From: Macrostomum lignano
Lineage: Eukaryota
Length of the DNA stretch: 64,000 bases
Direction: 5' to 3'
NCBI GenBank assembly: GCA_002269645.1
Contig: NIVC01000181.1
Span: forward strand, 709,693 to 773,692
Part shown: positions 27,016 to 40,044 of the stretch, piece by piece
How positions within the stretch are numbered: position 1 is the first letter of the stretch
How the letters are laid out: the number at the start of each line of letters is the position of its first letter
Notes under the pieces: model-generated
Seen by the model: the letters and a program-made list of their open reading frames with translations, nothing else
The model's database searches: none
What the model was told of the DNA's origin: nothing
Made by a program: the position numbers and the translations under genes

Positions 27016-28219
27016 TGGTTGCCATGTGATGCTTGGTTGCCATGTGATGCTTGGTTGCCATGTGATGCTTGGTTGCTATGTGATGCTTGGTTGCTATGTG
27101 ATGCTTGGTTGTTATGGGATGCTTGGTTGCCATGGGATGCTTGGTTGCTATGTGATTGGTTGCCATGTGATGCTTGGTTGCCATGTGATGCTTGGTTGGT
27201 TGCCATGTGATGCTTAGTTGCCATGTGATGCTTGGTTGCCATGTGATGTTTGGTTGCCATGTGATGCTTGGTTGCTATGTGATGCTTGGTTGCTATGTGA
27301 TGCTTGGTTGCTATGTGATGCTTGGTTGCCATGTGATGCTTGTTTGCCATGTGATACTTGGTTGCCATGTGATGCTTGGTTGCCTTGTGATGCTTGGTTG
27401 CTCTGTGATGCTTGGTTGCTATATCACTGGTTGCTATGTGATGCTTAGTGGCTATGTGATGCTTGGTTGCCATGTGATGCTTGGTTGCTATGTGATGTTT
27501 GGTTGCCATGTAATGCTTGGTTGCTATGTGATGCTTAGTGGCTATGTGATGTTTGGTTGCCATGTGATGCTTGGTTGCTCTGTGATGCTTGGTTGCTATG
27601 TGATGCTTGGTTGTTATGTGATGCTTGGTTGCTCTATCACTGGTTGCTATGTGATGCTTAGTTGCTATGTGATGCTTAGTTGCCATGCGATACTTGGTTG
27701 CTATGTGATGCTTGGTTGCCATGTGATGTTTAGTTGCTATGTGATGCTTGGTTGGTTGCCATGTGATGCTTAGTTGCTATGTGATGCTTGGTTGCTATGT
27801 GATGCTTGGTTGCCATGTGATGCTTGGTTGGTTGCCATGTGATGCTTGGTTGCCATGTGATGCTTGGTTGCCATGTGATGCTTGGTTTCTATGTGATGTT
27901 TGGTTGCTATGTGATGCTTGGTTGCCATGTGATGCTTGATTGCTATGTGATGTTTGGTTGCCATGTGATGTTTGGTTGCTATGTGATGCTTAGTTGCTAT
28001 GTGATGCTTGGTTGACATGTGATGCTTGGTTGCTATGGGATGCTGCTATGTGATGTTTGGTTGCCATGTGATGCTTGTTTGCCATGTGATGTTTGGTTGC
28101 TATGTGATGCTTGGTTGCTATGTGATGCTTGGTTGCTATGTGATGTTTGGTTTCCATGTGATGCTTGGTTGCTATGTGATGTTTGGTTGCCATGTGATGC
28201 TTGGTTGCTATGTGATGCC
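27016..28219. repeat. 18-bp minisatellite (GTGATGCTTGGTTGCCAT)
   Basis: About 65 copies; 4-bp TGGT insertions shift the frame several times. Confidence 0.96.
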
Positions 28220-28740
28220 TGGTCTCAAGGCCGGTTCACATTAAAGTAGTAGTCTGATCTCCGAAGATAGCTAAAATCAATTTTACAACATACTCGTACA
28301 AAATCAACGTTTACATTGATTTGAACAATCTTCAGCCCGCGGAGCTACTGTCGGAAATGCGAACCGGCCTTCAAAAGCATTACGCCGGGATAGGAATTCT
28401 TGAATTGACTTATTAGCACAAAATTGGTTATTTATCACTAGGGGTTTAACAGGTTTGTCCATTTTGACGCTTGAAAGAAATGCTACTGTAGACAGGCGAA
28501 ATCCAAGCAAAATTGCGGACTCTTCCCATCTCTCAACTGTTAACACACAGCACCCTTGTTCTTCCCGTCTCCAATGGTATTTTTTCAAACAGTTATTCGG
28601 AACATTGGTGAAAATGGAATAATATCTCATGGAGTTGCAGTGTCACCGATTTACTACCAGCCGTTCTTGATGGGACACATGGTGAAGGGGGTCTGGGGAG
28701 GCGGGAAGAGGGGTCAGGGGTCAGAGGCCCAGCCGCGGCT

Positions 28741-29160
28741 TCAGTGCCGGCCGTGAGTCAGCTTCACGCACTGCTCCCCACTCGCCGCCACGGGCCTGTA
28801 GGCCACCTGCGGCGAGCAACCGGTGCCCACAACGCCGATGCCGCCGCCGCCGCCGCCGCCGATTCCAGCAGCGCCGGTTCCGTCGCCGCCGCGGAAGCAC
28901 TGCACAATGCGCCGGCGCCGATGGAAACAGAACAGGAGCAGCAGGAGGGCCACTGACAGCGGCACGATCACGAAGTAGTAGCTGTGAATCGGCTTTGGGT
29001 CCCTGCGATGCGCGTCTTCGTCCTTGTCGCCAAGCGGAGGCTGCGGCCGATTTGTCATTGTCGAGTTGCCCGACGAAGCAGGCGCAGCAGCGACAGCCGC
29101 CAGTGAGGCAGCCAGCCCGACAGCAGTGGCTGTCAGGGCAGCGTGCAGGTGTTGCCGCAT
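28741..29160 (-). CDS. Orphan single-pass (type I) membrane protein, 139 aa, intronless
   Basis: ATG at 29160. Signal-peptide-like MRQHLHAALTATAVGLAASLAAVAAA, NST sequon, TM YYFVIVPLSVALLLLLFCF followed by HRRRR, Gly-rich tail with YRPV. GC-rich codon style like the neighbouring real exons. Confidence 0.7.
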   Translation of the reverse strand: MRQHLHAALTATAVGLAASLAAVAAAPASSGNSTMTNRPQPPLGDKDEDAHRRDPKPIHSYYFVIVPLSVALLLLLFCFHRRRRIVQCFRGGDGTGAAGIGGGGGGGIGVVGTGCSPQVAYRPVAASGEQCVKLTHGRH

Positions 29161-30319
29161 TGCCCCTCTGCTGCGCTTATTGCTCAACTCGCTCAACCCG
29201 AGCCGGAACAGACTGAGCGGCAAACAGTAGTGAGAAGGCGGCAAAGAGCCGGGAGCCGAGCTTTGAAGGTTAGGGACAAAAAAGAATTGCGGGATTGCTG
29301 CTTCTGCTAGAGTGCCGCCCTACTCTTCTCTCTCTGACTGTCTGTTCTGTCTTCCCCCGTTGTGCCCTGCAAGCACTACTTGGAATCCTTAATCCATTTT
29401 TCTCCCCACCCCACATCCTCCGCCGCCTCCCCCTACGCTGGGAAGAGCTTCGGCCAACAACCTTATCCCATCTCGTCTTTACTGCGTTCCCTCTCATCGC
29501 TTCGCTCTTTCCTCCCAAGCCAGTCTCCGGTCGCTCACAGCTCCCATCCATGCAGCTAGCTGCTACTAAGGGGATCGTACACAGGGCCGAGCCGACTATA
29601 TCGCTCCAATCGGAGCCTTGAATGATGAAGCTAGCGCTGCTGCTGTTGCAATGGGTGAGGTCTTAGGCAGGGGAACCAAGAAGAGATTGGAAGCCGCACA
29701 AACGGGGCCTTGGCTGGCATCAACAGGGCACTCCGGACAGGGCAGGCGGGGCCGAGTGATCTGAGCTGCCTTGGCCAGAGAGACTATGGCCAAGAATGGA
29801 GCTGCGAGCTGGGAAGAGAATGGGGTCATGCACAGCCGAGGAGGAGAATTGAGTAAAGCTTGTGGTTGCGCTTAGTACTTGTACATGTAAAATGTAAAAT
29901 GCCCCACCTCTCTGGCTAGAGAGGGGAGAGTGATTAAACATTGGAGCTGGGAGTTTGCACTAGGTTTGCTCCAGGCTCTCAGCTCCATCCTCAGCCGATG
30001 CCGCAAGCAGAAGCAGGTTTTCTATCAGCGGGACATGTCAAGTCAATGGACCCTTCTAAGAAGGCAAACATTTGCGGAAGCAATGGAACGGTTCCGTGCC
30101 GGTTTTTGAGGAGTCCATCAATCAAATACTCGTGTAGCATTATTAGTAACAACGTGCAAGGCTGCATTAAATACAAACTAATTAATTTCAATTAATTGCA
30201 TCTTCGGAGACGAAATTTTAGATGAGTGATCGGTGACTTATTTCGTATTTTTTATAAATAGCCGTTCTTAAGATTTTAGCAGGAGGAACGAAAGAGCTTA
30301 ATTAATGCGTTCTCGCTGA

Positions 30320-31040
30320 GCGTCTCACTAAGCAGATCAAGAAGCTTAACGTGCTTTCACTGAGCAGCTCTTTAAGCATCATATTAAGGAGCTTAACGTG
30401 CCCTCAATGAGCAGCTCTCTAAGCAGATCGAGAAGCTTAACGTGCTTTCAATGAGCAGCTCTCTACGCAGATCGAGAAGCTTAGCGTGCTCTCAATGAGC
30501 ATCTCTCTACGCAGATCGAGAAGCTTAATGTGCTCTCAATGAGCAGCTCTCTACGCAGATCGAGAAGCTTAGCGTGCTCTCAATGAGCATCTCTCTACGC
30601 AGATCGAGAAGCTTAATGTGCTCTCACTGAGCAGCTCTCTAAGTAAATCGAGAAGCTTAACGTGCTCTCAATGAGCATCTCTCTACGCAGATCGAGAAGC
30701 TTAATGTGCTCTCAATGAGCAGCTCTCTAAGCAGATCGAGAAGCTTAGCGTGCTCTCACTGAGCAGCTCTCTAAGCAAATCGAGAAGCTTAACGTGCTCT
30801 CAATGAGCAGCTCTCTAAGCAAATCGAGAAGCTTAGCGTGCTCTCACTGAGCAGCTCTCTAAGCAGATCGAGAAGCTTAACGTGCTCTCAATGAGCAGCT
30901 CTCTAAGCAGATTAAAAAGCTTAACATGCTCTTAATGAGCAGCTCTCTAAGCAGATAAATGAGCTTAACGTGCTCTTAATGAGCAGCTCTCCAAGCAAAT
31001 TGAGAAGCTTAACGTGCTCTCAATGAGCAACTCTCTAAGT
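30320..31040. repeat. 44-bp minisatellite (GAGAAGCTTAACGTGCTCTCAATGAGCAGCTCTCTAAGCAGATC)
   Basis: About 16 copies; the unit has short internal palindromes (AAGCTT, TGCTC...GAGCA). Confidence 0.95.
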
Positions 31041-32349
31041 CCTCTGGAGTGATTCCTGTTGGAAGAAGCACGCGACAGGAGGAAGGCGACACGAAGTGTA
31101 TGCACTTTACTTTTTCAAGTCCTACGGTCCATCAACTTCGAAAAAAGTTGTCGCAGACGGAGGACCGCACCAACGATTCTGTTATAACTAGACGTTGACT
31201 GTTACAAGTTAGTTCGCCTACACAGCGGACATCAACAAGGCAAGCTAGAATTCTAGTCAGAAAGGGTAAAGAAAGACGGCAAAGCCAGTTGTCCAGCGTC
31301 AAAAGCGCACGGTCCGATAGTCCCAACTCTGATCGCCGGAGTAGCCAAGTTGCAGCCAGGAAAGCAGAGAGGAGGCGGGCAGACAGGCATCGATCTTCGC
31401 CGGAGGCCTCCTCCCTTGCTTGCGTCGCAGTCCGGTCTCTCAGCACTCACTCAGCGAGAGAGAGAGAGAGAAATTCCAAATAAATAGATTTCGGCCAGTC
31501 CGGCTTATTTTCCCTAATTTAACTTGCAGTGCCAAAGAACGCCTGCGAGAGCTAAAGAGTGCTAAAGACAAAAGTCTTTAGTCAAGCCACGGAGCTCTAA
31601 AAAAAGAGTGCCAGGAGTGGAAAAGTGGCTAGCTGGCAATAAACCGACACAGTGAAACTCGGAAAAATCAAATGCCAAAGACCTTTTACAGAAGACCCAT
31701 TCTTAAGCAAGAGAGGCTTGGAAATCTTTTATAAGCCTATTATAAGTTTGGAATCTGAAGTTTGTCCAGTCAGTCAGACCGGCTCACAAATGAATATGGC
31801 TGGGCACGGCATCAAATCAGGGGTCGCGGCCGAAGAGTCTGACGCGTTCACTGCGGAGCTGCTGCGCCCCTTCCCTTTGAGACAAACAGGGAAAAGTGAA
31901 ATTCACCGCACCCTGTCGCTCATTGATTATGAAAACTGGCTGGCAGCAGCTCAATATGAGCTACAATACGCACACATCCTGACAATCAATGAATTGTATC
32001 CGCTTGATGGCGACAAATTTGAACCGCAAATGCACGCACTGACAGTGTGAATTCTCGCTTAGTTTATATATTTAAATTATTATCAATATTAGTATTTTAA
32101 GTTGATAAACTAGCCAATTTTATAATTACATGTATTACCCATAATTGGACCAGTTTTTTATTACTAAATTAAAAAACCGTCTTTGATGTCCTCGCATGAC
32201 AGACAGCTAAACTGCATGCAATTCAAATTCTCAAACAGTAAAGTTTTAAAACTTTGTCGAGCCCGACAAATGATGCGAATTGTGTAAAACTGGCAGAAAG
32301 TGAAGTTGGGAAATATAGAGGACCTTGAACAAATGAAGAGAAAAATAGA

Positions 32350-33275
32350 TAGGGTGGGAATGAGATGGGAGGAGGTGAGAAGGAGATGGGAGAGGAAAGG
32401 AAGGAGATGGGAGAGGGTGAGATGAGATGAGATAGGGTGAGAAGTAGATGGGAGAGAGTGGGAATGAGGTGGGAGAGGGTGAGAAGGAGATGGGAGGGGT
32501 GGGAATGAGATGGGAGGGGTGGGAATGAGATGGGAGGGGTGGGAATGAGATGGGAGAGGGTGGGAAGGAGATGGGAGGGGTGGGAATGAGATGGGAGAGG
32601 GTGGGAATGAGGTGGGAGAGGGTGGGAATGAGATGGGAGGGGTGGGAATGAGATGGGAGAGGGAAGGAATGAGATGGGAGAGGGTGGGAATGAGATGGGA
32701 GAGGGTGGGAATGAGATGGGAGAGGGTGAGAAGGAGATGGGAGGGGTGGGAATGAGATGGGAGAGGGTGGGAATGAGATGGGAGGGGGTGAGAAGGAGAT
32801 GGGAGAGGGAAGGAATGAGATGGGAGAGGGTGGGAATGAGATGGGAGAGGGTGGGAATGAGATGGGAGAGGGTGAGAAGTAGATGGGAGAGGGTGATAAT
32901 GAGATGGGAGGGGTGGGAATGAGATGGGAGAGGGTGGGAATGAGATGGGAGGGGGTGAGAAGGAGATGGGAGAGGGAAGGAATGAGATGGGAGAGGGTGG
33001 GAATGAGATGGGAGAGGGTGGGAATGAGGTGGGAGGGGTGGGAATGAGGTGGGAGGGGTGGGAATGAGATGGGAGGGGTGGGAATGAGATGGGAGAGGGT
33101 GGGAATGAGATGGGAGGGGGTGAGAAGGAGATGGGAGAGGGAAGGAATGAGATGGGAGAGGGTGGGAATGAGATGGGAGAGGGTGGGAATGAGGTGGGAG
33201 GGGTGGGAATGAGGTGGGAGGGGTGGGAATGAGATGGGAGGGGTGGGAATGAGGTGGGAGAGGGTGATAAGGAGA
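32350..33275. repeat. Purine/G-rich 19-21-bp minisatellite (GGGTGGGAATGAGATGGGAGA)
   Basis: Tandem periodicity; source of the His/Pro/Ser-rich ORFs on the minus strand. Confidence 0.93.
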
Positions 33276-33752
33276 TGGAAGATGGCTGGAAGAGAGACTA
33301 TAAAGAGACAGAGCAGCAGAGACGCGCGCATGATGTAACGAAAAAGTAAAAAAAAGCAGTAAACGCACACAAAGGTCGCGCTTACAAACGCAAACCCTCA
33401 TTATACTACTCAGTTAGAATTTAAACGAGGAAAAAACGCAAGTTTAAAAAATACAGAGACAGACCGGCAGACACGACAGGAATCGGTTTAATACACAAAT
33501 TTACACGCACAAAGATAGATAGACAGAGTGCCACCGAGACAAGAGAGCATTAATAAGCGGGTGGAGAGGATTGCTGCCTAGTGTTAGACCAGATGGAACT
33601 AGCGAAGTCTATAGACAACGGGCACAGTGGGAATATAACTTGAATTGAAACTTGGTTATAAATAGCAATGGTCGTCGGGAAAGGCCGGGAAAGAGAGCAT
33701 AAGAGGGTTTTTCAATACATAAACTTGAAAAGTCATATATTAGCTGATTGGT

Positions 33753-36700
33753 TCAGTCCAGCAGCACAATGTCAGGCTCCTGGGATGAAGCCCCGTCAGC
33801 CGATTTTGGCGCCGCCACAATCTCTAGCTCGTCATCGTCGTCAGCCTCGTCGAGCAGCCGGGCTTTCTTCGCCTCGCCAGATCCGAGCGGCCCGGATTCC
33901 ACAGCTTCGGAGCGCCGCTTTCGACCGGAAGTAGCCGGCGGCGGCGCTGCGGCGGCTTCGGCGGTGGCTTGGACCGACTGCAGGTCGCCGACAATTTGAA
34001 AATCGACACCGTCGGGCAGTCGCTGCTCGGCGTCGGCCGGATCAGCTGCGGCAATAATGATTAGAAGATTGTAGCGCTGGAGAAAGTCGTCGCAGCGGAG
34101 CCGGGCGTGGTTGCCGATGCCGAAGCGGGCCAGCGGCTGCGGGTCGTTCGATTCGGTTTCGCCGGCCTCTGAGCTCACCAGAATGACGCCGCGGCCTTCG
34201 ATCTCAACGTCGGGTGCCACCATGGCCAGCTCGGCTTTCAGCACCCGGTCGCGGAGGGCGCCGACAGTCAGGATTGACGGGTCGCAGCGGAGAGTCACCT
34301 GGGCGGGAGAATAGGGACAAGAGATTGTGGTGACGCTGAATTTAGTGGATATTGAAGGTCAGTGCCTGGGAGACATCTGTGATTTGGAGACAGTGCCTGA
34401 AGGTCAGTGCCTAAGTGGACAGAGCCTGAAGGTCAGTGCCTAAGGTGACAGAGCCTGAAGGTCAGTACCTGTGGGGACAGTGCCTGAAGGTCAGTGCCTG
34501 TGGGAACAGTGCCTGAGGTCTGAAAGTCAGTGACTGGGAAACAATGCCTGTGCCCTGAAGGTCAGTACCTGTGGGGACAGTGCCTGAAGGTCAGTGCCTG
34601 TGGGGACAGTGCCTGAAGGTCAGTGCCTGTGGGGACAGTGCCTGAGGTCTGAAAGTCAGTGACTGGGAAACAATGCCTGAAGCCCTGAAGGTCAGTGATT
34701 AGGAGCTTGAACATCTGTGACCAAGCTGAAGGAATGGGAGACAACTTGAATGCATTAAGCTGAAGGAGACTGACAAGGGTGAAATTGCAGCAATAAAAAC
34801 AAACCTGAGGCTGCGGTGCGCACACGTAGCACTTTGGGTTGGGCTGCGGCAGAGCGCACGGTATAATAATCCTGCCGCGCGGGTGCAGCTTCTTCTCAAG
34901 AAACACGGACCTGCATTGCTCTGGCCGGCCGTCCAGCACCTTCAAAGCCTCTAGCACAATGAGCCCGGCAATGATGGCGTTGGTGGTGGCGATGGCGGGG
35001 ATGATGTTGCCAGCCATGGCCTTGACCGTGAACCGGCTGTTAGCTGTTATGCCGAAGGCGTACGCCCTCAGATTAGCGGCCGAGGCAACAAAGTCCATGG
35101 CAGCCTGGTCGTCCTTGTCGAATACGAGATAGTCGTCCGCTGAGCTGCGTTCCGCGTAGCGACGCCTGAGCTGATCCACAGCCAAGCGGAACACGTGGCA
35201 GCACTGCGCGGCCGACCAGACCGCGTGGTCCCGCTGGTAGCCGTCCGACTGCGGCGCCGCGTCACCCGATCCGTCCAGCTGTTCGTCGGTCAACGGCGTC
35301 GGAGCTCGCCGCCCGGGGCGCTGCCACAGCACCGACATGGTTAGCAGGTAGCGAATATCATCGGCGAATAGTTTCTTCAATAACCGGCTAGGATCGTAGC
35401 CGGTGGCCTCCGCCCAGCTGCGGGTTGTCTGCTTCTGCGACTGCTGCTCATTAGCTTGGCTGCCATTGGCAACGGCAGGCGTCGTTGACGACGAGGACGA
35501 CAATTCCGGATCCTCGGTGTCCGGCGCGACATCCTGGTCGGGATCGGCTTCACCGAACAGCTGGCTAAACAGGTACTTGGCCCACACCACGCAGTGTATC
35601 GGCTCGGAGGGGGTGTTGCGAATAGTGCAGGCCGGGTAAGACTTCTGCTTCTGCTGCTCTTTGCACTCGTAGCAGGCGGTGACGCCCTTGCGGATGACCG
35701 TCACCTTGGGTGGGGGGGGATTAACTTACGCAGTGTACTTTTACTCGAATTAGCAAAGATAGAGAAAAAATATTAGTATTAAACATTGCCTGGGGAAACA
35801 GGGAACCCTAATAAAAAAGGAAGCTGCAAATGTAAACAAATCAGGGCGCGGACATGGGCGGAGAAAGATGGAATAGATGGACAGACCGGATGGCATACAA
35901 GGTCATGAAGAATTTGCGGGCAGCGTGGACCGCATGGCTGCTCAGCTACAGTTTGTAGAAACAGGCAGATAGACTGAGGCAATGGACAGAGGGACAGACA
36001 GAAACAAACAGATGCATGCAGCAGAAAGCCTAAAAGCAGAGAGATAGACGCACAAAGCAACGACGGGAGACCAAACAGACGAAGAACACTGTCAAAGACA
36101 TACAGACTGAGAGCACACTGTCAAACAGAAATACAGATTGAGAGCAGACTGTCAAACAGAACTACAGACTGAGAGCAGACTGTCAAACAGAACTACAGAC
36201 TGAGAGCAGACTGTCAAACAGAACTACAGACTGAGAGCACACTGTCAAACAGACATACAGACTGAGAGCAGACTGTCAAACAGAACTACAGACTGAGAAC
36301 AGACTGTCAAACAGACATACAGACTGAGAACAGACTGTCAAACAGACATACAGACTGAGAGCAGACTGTCAAACAGACATACAGACTGAGAGCAGACTGT
36401 CAAACAGACATACAGACTGAGAGCAGACTGTCAAACAGAACTCAAACAGAACAGAACTAAGAGCTGACTGTCAAACAGGAATACAGACTGAGAGAAAAAG
36501 AGACAGGTATCTGGACAGTCACAAACGCCAATAACAAGCGCCTCACCTGTCCCAGGTAACCGGCGGAGCCGCTCTCAACCAGCGGCACATTGGCGGCCAG
36601 ACAGAGCCGGTTCACATGATTCCTGGCGGCCCGGTTGTCCAGCGCGATCAGCACGATATCAAAGCCGGAGAAGAAGTCAACGCCGTATTTCTCCTCTAGA

Positions 36701-36969
36701 ACCGAGTCGTGATAGGCGGTGATGTCGGCATCTCGGCCGTACTTCAGCACGCTCTGCTTCGCAACCAGAGCTTTAGACTGGCCGACATGTTCTTTGCGGA
36801 ATAGAAACTGCCGATTCAAATTTGACACATCGATGGTGTCCAAATCGATGATGCTAATCCGGCGAAAGCCGGAGACCACCAGATTTTTTAACAGCTCGCA
36901 GCCGATGCCGCCGGCGCCAACCACCAGCACGCGAGATCCGGATGCCACCTCTCGGGGCGAGCGACGCAT
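33753..36969 (-). CDS. UBA2: SUMO-activating enzyme subunit 2 (E1), 3 exons, 622 aa
   Basis: Exons 36547-36969, 34805-35704, 33753-34298 (1869 nt). [34 protein letters not shown], catalytic [16 protein letters not shown], Zn-binding CYEC and [21 protein letters not shown] domain, C-terminal RKRR and SIM-like DDELEIV. The N-terminus ([14 protein letters not shown]) is slightly short, so the start is less certain. Confidence 0.96.
34355..34697. repeat. 29-bp minisatellite in UBA2 intron 2
   Basis: Tandem GTCAGTGCCTGTGGGGACAGTGCCTGAAG. Confidence 0.9.
36085..36495. repeat. 31-bp minisatellite in UBA2 intron 1
   Basis: Tandem AGACTGTCAAACAGAACTACAGACTGAGAGC. Confidence 0.93.
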
Positions 36970-37026
36970 TGCCTGCAGGTTTTTGGCGATTGGTCGGTTA
37001 TGGTGCACTCTGTAGATGTGGGGCAC

Positions 37027-37945
37027 TGTCTATAGATTCTCTGGATGCGTCTGGGTAACTGTCTATAGATTCTCTGCATGCGTCTGGGTAACTGTCTATA
37101 GATTCTCTGGATGCGCCTGGGTAACTGTCTATAGATTCTCTGGATGCGTCTAGGTAACTGTCTATAGATTCTCTGGATGCGCCTGGGTAACTGTCTGTAG
37201 ATTCTCTGGATGCGCCTGGGTAACTGTCTATAGATTCTCTGGATGCGCCTGGGTAACTGTCTATAGATTCTCTGGATGCGCCTGGGTAACTGTCTGTAGA
37301 TTCTCTGGATGCGCCTGGGTAACTGTCTATAGATTCTCTGGATGCGCCTGGGTAACTGTCTATAGATTCTCTGCATGCGTCTGGGTAACTGTCTATAGAT
37401 TCTCTGGATGCGCCTGGGTAACTGTCTGTAGATTCTCTGGATGCGCCTGGGTAACTGTCTATAGATTCTCTGCATGCGTCTGGGTAACTGTCTATAGATT
37501 CTCTGCATGCGTCTAGGTAACTGTCTATAGATTCTCTGGATGCGCCTGGGTAACTGTCTATAGATTCTCTGCATGCGTCTGGGTAACTGTCTATAGATTC
37601 TCTGCATGCGTCTAGGTAACTGTCTATAGATTCTCTGGATGCGTCTGGGTAACTGTCTATAGATTCTCTGGATGCGTCTGGGTAACTGTCTATAGATTCT
37701 CTGGATGAGTCTGGGTAACTGTCTGTAGATTCTCTGGATGCGTCTGGGAAACGGTCTATAGATTCTCTGGATCTGAATGGGTAACTGTCTATAGACGCTT
37801 TAGATCTGGTTGGGTAACTGTCTATAGATTCTCTGGATCTGAATGGGTAACTGTCTATAGACGCTTTAGATCTGGTTGGGTAACTGTCTATAGATTCTCT
37901 AGATCTGGCTAGTTGGGTAACTGTTTACTGATTCTTTAGACTCTC
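37027..37945. repeat. 33-bp minisatellite immediately upstream of UBA2
   Basis: Tandem GGGTAACTGTCTATAGATTCTCTGGATGCGTCT, about 27 copies, more degenerate at the right end. Confidence 0.96.
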
Positions 37946-38904
37946 TAGATTCTCAATGCTAAAGTCTAACGCAGTAATTATTATTATTGCATTTGCAGCA
38001 ACGCCACCATGATATATTTCACTATAATTATCAGATACACGTAAATTTCTGATTCAATTAATTACTTATTACTTATGCGCATTCAGACACAGTAGAAGTA
38101 TTTACAAAATGTCAGCATTACAACGGCCAATAAATAATCAATTGAGATCACACAAGATTTGTCTAATCATGTTAGATTATTAATTGACCCGGTAATGCAT
38201 AAAATAGTGGGACAATTAGATTTTGAATTTCGCAATAACAATAATAATCAAACCGATCTACCCCAGAGAGAGCAAAGTTTGCAATAATACAGGAATTGAG
38301 TGCAATAAATCAATAAAAGCATTAAACCATTTAGCAATTAAGTTCTGGTAGTAAATAGCCGTCTCCAATGTCAACAGTGGTTGCTATGCACTATTTGGAT
38401 GCGTTAACTGAAGACTCAAAAGCAGATGATATATGGATAACTATAAAAAGGATGTCTATTTACAAGGGTTTAGTTGCGGTCCAAATTCTCTAAAACTATA
38501 TACCCGTTAAAATTGCTAAATTCATTCCGAAAAAGCAAACAAAAGCGCATGTGACAATTTTTTTATCGGCTAGACAGTGAAAGTCCTTGAAGTACATTCT
38601 AATTTTATTCAGAGTCAGCGCAGGTTCGATTTAGTGGAGATCAATCTAGAGAGATAAATAAGGTCAAATAAGGTCAAGAGCAATGCTATAAGGGCGAATT
38701 CTCATAAATCATAGGTCAGGTACTTCAATTTCAAAACAATTTCAAAAGCAATCCACGAAGAGAAAAAATGATCAATTTTTTTAGCAAACTCATTGCCTCA
38801 AATAAAACGCAGTCACTGATTGTTTATCGAAAAAATGAAATTTAACTGCATTAAAGTGTATTTCTTCAGACACAATCTGGTCTGCAATTAATTTAGACCT
38901 GCCA

Positions 38905-39825
38905 TACTCGTAACTCGTTAACACTCGTAACTACTAGTAACTCGTAAATACTCGTATCTAATCGCAACTCGTAACTACTCGTAACTACTAGTAACTTGTA
39001 AATACTCGTATCTAATCGCAACTCGTAACTACTAGTAACTTGAAATACTCGTATCTAATCGCAACTCGTAAATACTCGTTACTACTAGTAACTTGTAAAT
39101 ACTCGTATCTAATCGCAACTCGTAAATACTCGTAACTACTAGTAACTTGTAAATACTCGTATCTAATCGCAACTCGTAAATACTCGTAACTACTAGTAAC
39201 TTGAAATACTCGTATCTAATCGCAACTCGTAAATACTCGTACCTAATCGCAACTCGTAAATACTCGTAACTACTAGTAACTTGTAAATACTCGTATCTAA
39301 TCGCAACTCGTAAATACTCGTAACTACTAGTAACTTGTAAATACTCGTAACTACTAGTAACTTGTAAATACTCGTACCTAATCGTAACTTGTAAATACTC
39401 GTACCTAATCGTAACTCGTAAATAATCGTAACTACTAGTAACTCGTAAATACTCGTATCTAATCGCAACTCGTAAATACTCGTAACTACTAGTAACTTGA
39501 AATACTCGTATCTAATCGCAACTCGTAAATACTCGTAACTACTAGTAACTTGTAAATACTCGTACATAATCGTAACTCGTAAATACTCGTAACTACTAGT
39601 AACTTGTAAAGACTCGTATCTAATCGCAACTCGTAAATACTCGTAACTGCTAGTAACTCGTAAATACTCGTACCTAATCGTAACTCGTAAATACGCGTAA
39701 CTACTAGTAACTTGTAAATACTCGTACCTAATCGCAACTCGTAATACTCGTAACTAATAGTAACTTGTAGATACTCGTAACTAATTGTAACTTGTAAATA
39801 CCCGTAACTAATGGTAACTCGTAAA
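38905..39825. repeat. Compound AT-rich satellite of ~10-bp subunits (ACTCGTAAAT / ACTCGTAACT / ACTAGTAACT / TCTAATCGCA)
   Basis: Subunits are assembled into recurring higher-order blocks. Confidence 0.93.
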
Positions 39826-40044
39826 TGCCTAAAGCTCATAGGTCATAAATTTGACTGACCAGACTGTCTTGACTTAACACTTCGCAATGTACACACAGAG
39901 GTTTAATCTTGCACAGATAACGAAACGTATTGAGTAAATTTTTCCTACTATGGAAAAGATGATTAATAATCAATCAATAATAAATTTTTAAGCTAAAATG
40001 AAGCCATTGAAAGACACGATTCTCATATTGGGAAGCCGCAATCT

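Noticed and set aside
31132-32050. 104-aa minus and 132-aa plus ORFs
   Set aside because: No family motif or supporting splice structure; they cannot be called without expression or homology data.
32223-33401. His/Pro/Ser-rich ORFs of about 390 aa
   Set aside because: Translation of a purine-rich minisatellite; open in several frames simply because the strand lacks stops.
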